From positions 1 through 30,840 of IMG/VR virus record IMGVR_UViG_3300017777_002035: 30,840 bases of DNA; one strand, given 5' to 3'. Source of the stretch: a virus. Taxonomy: Duplodnaviria; Caudoviricetes. Position numbers and translations under genes: made by a program. Positions within the stretch are counted from its first letter, which is position 1. The number at the start of each line of letters is the position of its first letter. Below the pieces are notes generated by a model. It did not search any database and was not told the DNA's origin. It was given only the letters and a program-made list of their open reading frames with translations. Below are positions 8,903 to 17,185 of the stretch, one piece after another.

Positions 8903-9739
8903 CTAATGCAAAAAACGTTTACGAACCAAGTCCAATTCAATCAATTCTGTAATTAAATCCTTAGCCTGATCGAGTCTAATCATGTTAGGACCATCTGAGG
9001 GCGCATTATCTGGATCCTGATGGACTTCCATGAATACACCCGCAACACCTACTCCAACTGCGGCTCGTGCAATTACCTTAGCCATTTCACGATCACCACC
9101 ACTACGGCCGCCCAATCCACCTGGCGCTTGCGCAGCATGAGTACAGTCCATGACTACTGGATATCCAGCACTGCGCATAATTTCTAGACTGCGCATATCT
9201 ACAACTAGATTGTTATAACCAAATGTAGTGCCGCGTTCAGTTACAATAATCTTCTTGGCACCAAAATGTTCTAGCTTCTTTATTACCTGAAGCATTTCCT
9301 GAGGCGAGAGGAACTGTCCCTTCTTCACATTTATTACTTTGCCGCTATCTGCTGCTGCATGAAGTAGATCGGTTTGCCGACAGAGGAATGCTGGGATTTG
9401 AATAACATCGGCTTGAACAGTATCACACTGCCACGATTCATGAATATCAGTCAGGAGTTCAGTACCATTTGCCCGAAGACTCTGAAATGCATAATATGCA
9501 TCATCGAATCCTGTGCCCCTGTAACTAGATGCGCTCGTGCGATTGGCCTTATCGAATGAAGTCTTGTAGATAAAGTTTAATGATTTGCCGTAACCATAAT
9601 ATTTGTTTCCCACTTCATTGCATATATCGCGTAATGCAGAACTCATCATCTCTGCATGATGTAGATTCTCAAACACACAGGGCCCGGCAATTATGGATAG
9701 TGGTTTATAATTGCCAAGTTCATCATAAAAAACTGTCAT
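8903..9739 (-). CDS. kdsA: 3-deoxy-D-manno-octulosonate 8-phosphate (KDO8P) synthase
   Basis: IAGPC, KTSFDKANRTS, QIPAFLCRQTDL, NVKKGQF, ERGTTFGYNNLVVD, THAAQAPG and EVHQDPDNAPSDG. Confidence 0.96.
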   Translation of the reverse strand: MTVFYDELGNYKPLSIIAGPCVFENLHHAEMMSSALRDICNEVGNKYYGYGKSLNFIYKTSFDKANRTSASSYRGTGFDDAYYAFQSLRANGTELLTDIHESWQCDTVQADVIQIPAFLCRQTDLLHAAADSGKVINVKKGQFLSPQEMLQVIKKLEHFGAKKIIVTERGTTFGYNNLVVDMRSLEIMRSAGYPVVMDCTHAAQAPGGLGGRSGGDREMAKVIARAAVGVGVAGVFMEVHQDPDNAPSDGPNMIRLDQAKDLITELIELDLVRKRFLH

Positions 9740-9744
9740 GCAAT

Positions 9745-10362
9745 TTATTTTCTTTTGTAGAAAATGTGATTATCAATCTGTGCAACTTTAGGATATCCCC
9801 AATTGGTTGATACTGCTATAGTATGATAGTGTGTTGCACCAGCAGTGAAGTCAATAACCTTACCATCTAGAACACTCTGGGCTAGGTCGAGTGATGCAGC
9901 AAGTGTTTGCTTGTCCTTAGGATCATCGCTAATACCATCACAGTAGTATGAGAATTGGCATTTATTGCGAATCGGAATACCTTTGCGCGAAAGCTGCGCA
10001 TCATGCACTACACCACAAATAGTGTTTGGAAAGTCTGATCGAGATACGCGATTCATGACAACTAACGCAACAGCTAATTTTCCTACTAAAGACTCACCGC
10101 GTGCCTCGTGATATATAGCTTCAGCCAAACAATACCGTTCTGTTTGATTGACATAATATACAGTAGATATCGCATCTTTGTAAATAGTGATTGCCTGCGG
10201 ATAAGCTACTGGAGTATTTTGTAGCTGCTTGATATCAATTGCAGTTGAAGTAATTGCGGCATCTGCATCGGGAATGAAATTTGATGGTTGAATATTCGCC
10301 ACAATAAACCAGCTACAAGCGATAGTCAATATCCAAAAAAGCGGGATTCGTGATAATTTCAT
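9745..10362 (-). CDS. SleB/CwlJ-like cell wall hydrolase (Hydrolase_2)
   Basis: N-terminal hydrophobic segment; CLAEAIYHEARGE, VVMNRV, FPNTICGVV, CQFSYYCDG, GATHYH and IDNHIFY. Confidence 0.92.
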   Translation of the reverse strand: MKLSRIPLFWILTIACSWFIVANIQPSNFIPDADAAITSTAIDIKQLQNTPVAYPQAITIYKDAISTVYYVNQTERYCLAEAIYHEARGESLVGKLAVALVVMNRVSRSDFPNTICGVVHDAQLSRKGIPIRNKCQFSYYCDGISDDPKDKQTLAASLDLAQSVLDGKVIDFTAGATHYHTIAVSTNWGYPKVAQIDNHIFYKRK

Positions 10363-10539
10363 GAGATTGATCCAATCTTATACTAAATTCTGATGAATTT
10401 GATACTGATACGCTAGATTATTACTACGCATCCCGTCAAGGATACTAGTAATATTACCGGTACACACATCTGAAATATAATACGATTAATCATGTTAACA
10501 ATCTGTATACCACTAGAAATTTTAGGAATAGCATTAAAG

Positions 10540-10785
10540 TGGTGGGATTCTGTTGCCAGGTTCCCACCGGACCCCGTCTTACTGCCTAAGCAGCAAGAGC
10601 ATATGCCTCATTATCGTTGGCATTTATAATTAGTCGCTCGACCATCGAATTGACTCCAAGAAACCTTTACTACGTCCGTCGATCCTATTTTATCCCCTAA
10701 AGTCATGCACGTCGCAATCTGATTGGTGGAGATAGTGGGTACTGCCCCCACGTCCGGTTCGTCTATTCCTTTTCTCATCAACGCC
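10540..10785 (-). ncRNA. ssrA: Circularly permuted two-piece tmRNA (alphaproteobacterial type)
   Basis: Acceptor piece ~10785-10724 ends GUGGG-GGCAGUA-CCCAC-UAUCUCC-A-CCA; 26-nt spacer; coding piece starts GGGGAUA at 10697 giving a 7-bp acceptor stem with G3:U70; tag frame 10621-10586 = ANDNEAYALAA*; 3' hairpin GUGGGA...UCCCAC. Confidence 0.95.
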
Positions 10786-10792
10786 AATATAC

Positions 10793-10823
10793 TATTTATA
10801 GCTCATTTTCGTCGCATTGTCAA
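10793..10823 (-). promoter_or_regulatory. Composite sigma70 / T4-late promoter for tmRNA
   Basis: TTGACA (10823-10818)-N17-TATAAATA (10800-10793), just upstream of the acceptor piece. Confidence 0.8.
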
Positions 10824-11485
10824 CCATTATTTTCATAATATTCGTTAATGATTTGTCGAGCTAACCCCTTGTAATCATTAGTTTTTTCAATAAAGATTAA
10901 TGGGTAAGGCGTTTCATCGCAGCCCATAACGATGACTATATCAGAGCAGACGATGGAAGTCAATTCTTCGAACATTATAGCATATGCAGAACACTGAATA
11001 AAGTAGTCTGTAATATACTCCTTACGTTTTTCCCTTCTACTAGTCTTAAAGTCTATAATTGCAGTGGAACCATTCCATGCGCCAATTAGATCACATCTAC
11101 CCGCTACTCGAAGTTCGTTTGAGTACATTGGAGCTTCTAACGCATGGATGACACTTAGATTAGCATCTACTACCTTACGCATCTCATTGAACATCATCAA
11201 ATTTGATGGCATTACCGTAGAATCGGGTAGAGTGTCATCGGTAATGTAGTTTTCAAACATTTTATGAATAGATGTTCCACGCCGGGCAGCCTGAGAGGAA
11301 ATTCTATTAGCTTCTTCATTACCAACACGTTTGCGCCAGTTCGCTAGCGATTGAAGTTTCTCTGGTTGCTTAGACAGTACGGTTGTGATAGAGGGATATC
11401 TACCATTAGGTGTAAGGTAGTATCTGCCTTTTTCACTCTGCTCGGTCTTTAGTTCTTGAAAATTCACTAACTCACGGCGAAACAT
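10820..11485 (-). CDS. PD-(D/E)xK exonuclease (Cas4/RecB-like, conserved in T4-like phages)
   Basis: YPSITTVLS, RGTSIHKMFE, AGRCDLIG, IIDFKTS and YFIQCSAYA. Confidence 0.9.
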   Translation of the reverse strand: MFRRELVNFQELKTEQSEKGRYYLTPNGRYPSITTVLSKQPEKLQSLANWRKRVGNEEANRISSQAARRGTSIHKMFENYITDDTLPDSTVMPSNLMMFNEMRKVVDANLSVIHALEAPMYSNELRVAGRCDLIGAWNGSTAIIDFKTSRREKRKEYITDYFIQCSAYAIMFEELTSIVCSDIVIVMGCDETPYPLIFIEKTNDYKGLARQIINEYYENNG

Positions 11486-11518
11486 TATAAATTATGCCTT
11501 TCATCAAGCGACTTCATA

Positions 11519-12943
11519 TTATCCTTTGAAGTCTGTAATCAGTTCCATACCATAATTGTTGATGTCTGTAGGAATATGAATATCGGACTTCATAATCAAT
11601 TTATTCTTTTTGAACTGATTGTAATCTACATAATGGTGTTCACGACCAAATCGAATAACCTTTGTTGTTACATCTGGATGCATCTGATAAAGCATGTGAG
11701 ACTTAGGATCAGTGCCCTCGGCTGCATAGAACTCTGCGGTATTACCACCACCTAGCGTCTGCGTTGCAGCCTTACCCTGCAAGAATGAATTGAATTGGAT
11801 CGTACACTGCCCAGCTTTCAATACACGAAGACAGATATCCGTATCTTCATTGTATCTACCACGCCATCTAAACTCACATGAGTTGTCGATTAGCAGTACC
11901 GAATAAATGCGAGTGTTTGTCACGAATGCTGGATATTTACAATTGGGCGCAATGAAGAATCGATACTGAAAACCAGAGATAGGCACATTCTCAAACCTAT
12001 CTACAAAGTCTTCGGCTGCGCGGAAGATAGCACCACTCTCCGTGCGAATACGAAAGTTCTGGTGCAGCCGATAGAAGTCGGAGATATTATCATCTAGTAC
12101 CCAGTGGCGCTTTGCACCTAGGGCGATAGCATGATCCCAACACCAGTTCCGCGCACGACCGGGACCATCACCATGATTAGAGAACGGCAATACCAAAATC
12201 TTTGCAGGGTCAATGACAGCCGCATATGACTCATAATCTTGTGGTTCAATAGCAATGTAATATGGTATCTGCATCCGTTCAAGTGAACGAGCAGTCAATC
12301 GACTATCAGCACGACCCTTTGACACGATATAGAGTGGATACTGTGGATTGGTATGATTGCCATTCGATTCGATCCAACGTCTCTTAGCATTTGCGTCACG
12401 ATCAAGCTTTGGATACCAAATGCTTTTGGTATTCTCAGATAGATTTTGCCGAACGATCTTCGCGAAAGCCTTGTAGCCTTCTTCGTTATAAAAGAACATA
12501 TTAATTTTATGATATGGTTCATAGTCTTCCTGAATGTACTCAGGCATGCCAGTCCAAAGCTTGCGCCACTTATCATCAACGGCCAGCTTTAACTTCTTCT
12601 TGGGCTTCTGCGATATAGCATCTTTATTGAGGAATTTGTAATTAGCGACATCGGGATCAAACAGAAATGATCTGGATTCTGGATACCAAATTTGGTCCGT
12701 CAAAATATCCTGTTGAATCAGATTGACAAACTCTTTCAAATCTTCTTTGGTGCGAAAGCTAACGTAGATCGACTTATATGCGCCACCAATATCTTTAGTT
12801 GTGACTTTGTATGTTGGAGTTTGATCGACAAAATCTGGATCATCGATGAAATTGGTTATCGTAGAAATTGACTCAGCAGATTTAAGCTCCATACAATTGT
12901 CATACGCGGCGGATTCTTTGATATCACTCACTGATTTTTCCAT
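11519..12943 (-). CDS. TAGT/GREB1-like GT-A glycosyltransferase with duplicated N-terminal domain
   Basis: YPLYIVSKGRAD, IEPQDYESY, GRARNWCWDHA, HWVLDDNI, WRGRYNEDTD and GGGNT motifs; two N-terminal F..xEx...F...Q......IWYP units. Confidence 0.75.
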   Translation of the reverse strand: MEKSVSDIKESAAYDNCMELKSAESISTITNFIDDPDFVDQTPTYKVTTKDIGGAYKSIYVSFRTKEDLKEFVNLIQQDILTDQIWYPESRSFLFDPDVANYKFLNKDAISQKPKKKLKLAVDDKWRKLWTGMPEYIQEDYEPYHKINMFFYNEEGYKAFAKIVRQNLSENTKSIWYPKLDRDANAKRRWIESNGNHTNPQYPLYIVSKGRADSRLTARSLERMQIPYYIAIEPQDYESYAAVIDPAKILVLPFSNHGDGPGRARNWCWDHAIALGAKRHWVLDDNISDFYRLHQNFRIRTESGAIFRAAEDFVDRFENVPISGFQYRFFIAPNCKYPAFVTNTRIYSVLLIDNSCEFRWRGRYNEDTDICLRVLKAGQCTIQFNSFLQGKAATQTLGGGNTAEFYAAEGTDPKSHMLYQMHPDVTTKVIRFGREHHYVDYNQFKKNKLIMKSDIHIPTDINNYGMELITDFKG

Positions 12944-12965
12944 TATGCAATTTGTCTAGATTTAC

Positions 12966-12994
12966 AATCTATCATACCAGTTCTTCTGTGTCAA
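12966..12994 (-). promoter_or_regulatory. sigma70-type promoter for the glycosyltransferase gene
   Basis: TTGACA-N17-TAGATT with TGn extended -10, in the intergenic gap. Confidence 0.6.
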
Positions 12995-13013
12995 GTCATA
13001 TTTTAATCTTCTA

Positions 13014-13793
13014 TTATACTATGCCATTGTTTAGTTTAGCAATTATGTACTCTTTCACAAGTGAGCTTCGGACAATATCATCCTTTGTAAATTCTATACA
13101 AGAGAAACTGCGCATCTTATGTAGTATATTCATAAATGTAATCACTCCACGCCGTTCCTCACTTTTGAGTAAATCAGATTGCCTGAAATCGCCACATAAT
13201 ATAACACGGCATCCTTTACCAACACGAGTCATGATGGTATCTAGTTCAGCAAAACTCATATTTTGGCATTCGTCTACTATAATAATATTATTTAGGAATG
13301 TTAAGCCCCTAAGATATGATGTAGTGCTAAATTGAATATATTTATTTCTCTTTAGGTAGTCATATGCAGTAGGATGGCCGGATAGTTCTGCACAGAGACT
13401 TCGGTATGGATCTTCATATACAGCAATCTTTTCTTCCAGTTTTCCAGGCAAGAATCCCATATTACGAGATGGCACTACGGAGCGAAGTATGGTGATGGAT
13501 TTAGGAGAGTGTGCCTTAATTATAGAATTGAGAGCAAGATATAATGCAATAAATGTTTTGCCAGTGCCAGCTACACCGTGAAGCAATATGTTTTGATCGC
13601 AACTAAATGCTTCAAATGCTTTTTGCTGATTGTCAGTAAGTGGAAGAACTGATCGTATTTCAATTCTTTCCGATCGAGGGTCTTTGTATTGTGCAATACT
13701 TCGTTTATTCTTTCGTTTTTGTAATTTTAATTCTCTCCTCGTTACGATTTGCTGCAATTCATCATCAAAATACTGAATTGAAGTCCTATCCAT
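13014..13793 (-). CDS. phoH: PhoH-family ATPase
   Basis: PLTDNQ, GVAGTGKTF, GFLPG, YLRGLTF, IVDECQN, GDFRQSDL and DIVRSSLVKEYI. Confidence 0.95.
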   Translation of the reverse strand: MDRTSIQYFDDELQQIVTRRELKLQKRKNKRSIAQYKDPRSERIEIRSVLPLTDNQQKAFEAFSCDQNILLHGVAGTGKTFIALYLALNSIIKAHSPKSITILRSVVPSRNMGFLPGKLEEKIAVYEDPYRSLCAELSGHPTAYDYLKRNKYIQFSTTSYLRGLTFLNNIIIVDECQNMSFAELDTIMTRVGKGCRVILCGDFRQSDLLKSEERRGVITFMNILHKMRSFSCIEFTKDDIVRSSLVKEYIIAKLNNGIV

Positions 13794-13806
13794 CGTATCT
13801 CCTATC

Positions 13807-14037
13807 CTATCTTGTTTTTATTGTACTGCCTCTATTTTTTTTCTTGATTTCCTTCAACATATCATTAAAAGTATCATCGGTTCGGCGTAGTCCATCGACA
13901 CCACTAACAATTCGTGGAGCGGTCAGACCTAGAGAAAGATGTGGATTAGAATTAATCATTTTTTCCATGTCCGATATGGTCATGAAAATGTCTTTTGATT
14001 TTCCAGTTTGTTTATTTTTTATAATATATGTTGGCAT
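13807..14037 (-). CDS. Conserved small T4-like phage protein (FmdB-like N-terminus without Cys)
   Basis: MPTYIIKNKQTG...NPHL...APRIVSGV...FNDMLKEIKK; commonly precedes phoH; start reassigned from 14085 to ATG 14037. Confidence 0.7.
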   Translation of the reverse strand: MPTYIIKNKQTGKSKDIFMTISDMEKMINSNPHLSLGLTAPRIVSGVDGLRRTDDTFNDMLKEIKKKNRGSTIKTR

Positions 14038-14052
14038 ATTGTATATCCAAAG

Positions 14053-14088
14053 ATAATGGCATGGGAGATTTAATTCCCATGCCATTAT
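14053..14088. terminator. 14-bp perfect inverted repeat (terminator or processing stem)
   Basis: ATAATGGCATGGGA-N8-TCCCATGCCATTAT just after the 14096 stop; U-tract weak. Confidence 0.65.
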
Positions 14089-14095
14089 TTAGGTG

Positions 14096-14698
14096 TTAGA
14101 AGCGCATACCCAGTGAAACGCGAGTATCATTACCAGTTAATGATAAATCCTGGGTCATATTGCGTGTTGCATCGATTGCAATATGAGTTCTTGGTGTGAT
14201 TTTATAATCTACACCAATACCGGTTGCAATATTACCAGCTTCGTTGGCAACATTGACTCCACGACGATATTTAAGTTCGCCAACATTTAGAGTTAGTTGT
14301 TTTGTTACGGGAACGGGAACATTTGCATCGACTGCCCAAAATAGATAGGCGGTGCCATCTTCGTTAAATTTTTCACCTGCCGCAGCACCTACGTCAACGC
14401 CCGAAAAATTGCGGGCTAGACGAGCAGTAACCGTATGATTCAGTGTAGTGCCATTCTCGGCGGCGTCAAGACTGAAGCTAAGTTCCGCATCACGAGCAAC
14501 TTTGCGGGTATACCTTAGATTATAATTATAATCATCTAGAGAAAAACGATTCACTGCCATACCTACGGTTAGGTCGATGCCTACCAGTTTGGGTCCAGGT
14601 ACTGTCTCGATGCCTACCAGTTTGGGCGCATCGACTGCAAACGCAGATGATGCAAAAAGTACAGAGGCAAGTGATATAGCTGTAAGTGTATATTTCAT
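14096..14698 (-). CDS. Outer-membrane beta-barrel protein
   Basis: Sec signal ending AFA, alternating amphipathic strands (YNYNLRYTR, GIGVDYKIT), C-terminal VSLGMRF BAM signal; AGGAG RBS. Confidence 0.75.
   Translation of the reverse strand: MKYTLTAISLASVLFASSAFAVDAPKLVGIETVPGPKLVGIDLTVGMAVNRFSLDDYNYNLRYTRKVARDAELSFSLDAAENGTTLNHTVTARLARNFSGVDVGAAAGEKFNEDGTAYLFWAVDANVPVPVTKQLTLNVGELKYRRGVNVANEAGNIATGIGVDYKITPRTHIAIDATRNMTQDLSLTGNDTRVSLGMRF
14574..14626 (-). repeat. 20-bp direct repeat encoding PKLVGI twice
   Basis: tcgatgcctaccagtttggg at 14574-14593 and 14607-14626. Confidence 0.85.
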
Positions 14699-14726
14699 GA
14701 TTTCTCCTAATTATTTAGTTGTTGTG

Positions 14727-15257
14727 CTAAACTCTAAACCAATCTGGTATAGACCTATTCGACCACTTGGCGAATCTTTTTTTATCTATTATATAGTACG
14801 TTCTATAACCATCGACTGGATTAATTTGTTTATACTGCATTGGCATTGCCTGAGGAAATTCAGTAAGAATGCCTAGCTTAATGTTGGTAGGATACTGTTC
14901 TAGATATGATTTTAGTTTTTCACAAGCATGATTCCTCCTATATCTATATTTATATTCAGTAAGTAATGCGACAAATAAATTAAATCCCCATGCATAATTT
15001 TTGTCGCTTTGCATAGACCACAAAGTGCATGGATGATTCACATGCGTAGCCTTATATAATATATTGTCTCGATCATCATTTAGTCGCCAACGTTTAATCT
15101 TCCTATTCGCCTGGGGGTCTGTATACTGTTTCCCGTCGAGGACACGATGCGCTGTAGATAGCATCTGTGCCTCTTCGAGAATCATTTTGACCACATGCTT
15201 ATCGCAATGCATTTGTGCTGCGATAGATGGGTTATCATGCAGCACAAATCTATTCAT
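14727..15257 (-). CDS. Pyrimidine-dimer DNA glycosylase / DenV-like family protein
   Basis: HCDKHVVKMILEEAQMLSTAH, YKATHVNHPCTLW, EYKYRY..H, PQAMP and GYRTYY. Confidence 0.8.
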   Translation of the reverse strand: MNRFVLHDNPSIAAQMHCDKHVVKMILEEAQMLSTAHRVLDGKQYTDPQANRKIKRWRLNDDRDNILYKATHVNHPCTLWSMQSDKNYAWGFNLFVALLTEYKYRYRRNHACEKLKSYLEQYPTNIKLGILTEFPQAMPMQYKQINPVDGYRTYYIIDKKRFAKWSNRSIPDWFRV

Positions 15258-15663
15258 CTGGCGAATATTTAACTGCGTGTTCGTATACGAACATCAAGCA
15301 TGCCATGGCATGAGCCAAATGATGTTTTCTGCTTTCTGGATCAATATATTCTCCTTCCTTCCATGCCCAAAGATGTCGTTGTAGTGCATCGAAATATCTA
15401 CGTTTTGCGTCTGGAACAATCTTCCAGTTATCACGTTCATATTTCACCGCACCAAACGTTAGTATATCTACAGTTGCCTTTAGAGCAAGTGGAGGAAGCA
15501 GCCCATACTCAAGCTTGCTGCCATCAAATTTACGACCACCCGTATTGGCTGTTTGAGATGCCTCAATTTCTTTACGTGTTGATTCTTTGTGAAATTCTTG
15601 GCCGACAAGGCCGTGGTGGTGGACTTCACATCCATATATTGATGTACTGTCTGTTGATGCCAT
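15250..15663 (-). CDS. dATP/dGTP diphosphohydrolase-domain protein (DUF5664-like)
   Basis: GRKFDGSKLEYGLLP, LTFGAVKY..DNW, YFDALQRHL, DPESRKHHLAHA; start probably ATG 15663. Confidence 0.8.
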   Translation of the reverse strand: MASTDSTSIYGCEVHHHGLVGQEFHKESTRKEIEASQTANTGGRKFDGSKLEYGLLPPLALKATVDILTFGAVKYERDNWKIVPDAKRRYFDALQRHLWAWKEGEYIDPESRKHHLAHAMACLMFVYEHAVKYSPDE

Positions 15664-15677
15664 AATACAATCTAGTC

Positions 15678-15938
15678 CTAAGCGTAACACCCAGTGAATT
15701 TACGAGGCCCCACGCCCATCACTCGGCAGGCAATATATTCATACATGTGTGGACCGATCTTGCGCTGAAAGAGATTAATAAATCCACGTAGATACCATTC
15801 CAGAGCATAATCTGCTGTCTTAATAATAGCATCATTATCTACACGATCTGACATAAGGAATCCAGTATGATATACATACTCTTCATCACGGGATCCAGTC
15901 TCGATAAAATTCTTAAGTGATGTATACTTCTTTTTCAT
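15678..15938 (-). CDS. Hypothetical protein
   Basis: 86-aa ORF with AGGA RBS, co-oriented and tightly packed. Confidence 0.65.
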   Translation of the reverse strand: MKKKYTSLKNFIETGSRDEEYVYHTGFLMSDRVDNDAIIKTADYALEWYLRGFINLFQRKIGPHMYEYIACRVMGVGPRKFTGCYA

Positions 15939-15949
15939 TTTAAAATTTC

Positions 15950-16120
15950 CTAGTTTATAGTACGATTAAGGGTACGACGTAACGATGCAATTACAATTGA
16001 CCAATAATTTGCACCCCACACGTTTTTATTATTGATACAGTTTTCACGCGCATCTGTTGCAGAGTTAATCCGGCATAACATATTCATAACAATATCTGTA
16101 CTTACATGTTCATTTATCAT
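15950..16120 (-). CDS. Hypothetical 56-aa protein (below ORF-track cutoff)
   Basis: MINEHVSTDIVMNMLCRINSATDARENCINNKNVWGANYWSIVIASLRRTLNRTIN*; fills the gap, ATG sits about at the predicted transcription start (possibly leaderless). Confidence 0.55.
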   Translation of the reverse strand: MINEHVSTDIVMNMLCRINSATDARENCINNKNVWGANYWSIVIASLRRTLNRTIN

Positions 16121-16126
16121 ATTATG

Positions 16127-16187
16127 ATCATAGATTATATGGGCGCTAATGTCAAGAACTAAAAAATGAGTGTTTTCAATGACTTAG
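16127..16187 (-). promoter_or_regulatory. Early sigma70-type promoter with 44-bp repeated element, copy 1
   Basis: TTGACA-N17-TATGAT; 16144-16187 identical to 23150-23193. Confidence 0.8.
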
Positions 16188-17185
16188 TAGAAGGGCTGGG
16201 AAGTACGAATAGACCCGTGAATGGCATTGCGACGGGCTTCAGCAGCAACTTCGCTACGGGAATGGAATCCGAATACATTAGCTAATACTAGGGTGTTAGC
16301 TGGGACATCGTATGCATGAAGCTTCAATTTCATCATATTCAGTTCTTCTTCAAATACTCTCAGTGATCCTTCCGCGTGACCAACGGTTCTCTTTGAATTG
16401 ATTATATTATCTACAATCATTATCGACTGATCATATTCAAATATCAATCGCTGTTCACTCAACATATTTGATCTCGGAACATAAGCAAACGGCCCATCAC
16501 TTGCACTAACTTCGTTTGGAAAGTACCACCATTTAATGCAAGGAAAGAACGTGTCGGTATGCGGTACCTTCTGTACGTCGCCGTCATGTGCCTTATTATG
16601 AAGTTTTTGTACGAATGTGTTTTGTCGGTATAGAGTATTAGCTTCAACATGCGTATCATTAAATCCGAGACAATCGAATACAATAGTTTTCATAGATGTG
16701 GTATCAAGAACTTTTCTAAGAGCACATGATTCATCCATATAATGAATGATATTATCATTGTTTTTCGAAGTTGCCAACGGAAACTTATCGATCTCCTTTA
16801 TTACATTATTCCTAAGATTTTCGTTTAGGAAATTTTCAATCGTAACAATTCCATACTCCTCATATTCTACACTATATCGTGTCGTATAGCCATTCTCTCT
16901 ACGATGTGCTGCAGAAATCATATGGGCAAAATAGGATCGAAGAATATGTAATCCAGATCTTACTTGTTTTTTGGTATAATTGATTCTATCAAAGTGCTTG
17001 GTAGAACTCAACATAATATCTTTATCAACAGCCGGATCGATGATAGTAAAAACTTCTACTGCATACTGCCGAATCGCGAGACGATTAGCAGTAGGTGTTT
17101 TTTTAATAATATCACTAATTCTCTTTTTGTTATCTTGCGAAACATAGAAAGAATCAAGAAGGTTATCAATCGACCATTCAGTCAT
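16184..17185 (-). CDS. 2OG-Fe(II) dioxygenase, PhyH-like
   Basis: HTD (HxD), DGPFAYVPRS, VPANTLVLANVFGFHSR (distal His) and downstream Arg. Confidence 0.8.
   Translation of the reverse strand: MTEWSIDNLLDSFYVSQDNKKRISDIIKKTPTANRLAIRQYAVEVFTIIDPAVDKDIMLSSTKHFDRINYTKKQVRSGLHILRSYFAHMISAAHRRENGYTTRYSVEYEEYGIVTIENFLNENLRNNVIKEIDKFPLATSKNNDNIIHYMDESCALRKVLDTTSMKTIVFDCLGFNDTHVEANTLYRQNTFVQKLHNKAHDGDVQKVPHTDTFFPCIKWWYFPNEVSASDGPFAYVPRSNMLSEQRLIFEYDQSIMIVDNIINSKRTVGHAEGSLRVFEEELNMMKLKLHAYDVPANTLVLANVFGFHSRSEVAAEARRNAIHGSIRTSQPFY

Noticed and set aside
10724-10760. tRNA-like T-arm and CCA end
   Set aside because: No anticodon arm; it is the acceptor piece of the permuted tmRNA, not a tRNA
10820-11485. 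Cas4-like nuclease as evidence for a CRISPR system
   Set aside because: No repeat-spacer array or other cas genes, and no Fe-S Cys cluster; it is a common T4-like exonuclease
14038-14085. ORF-track N-terminal extension MAWELNLPCHYLWIYN
   Set aside because: Lies in the inverted repeat; the conserved-looking protein starts at MPTY (14037)
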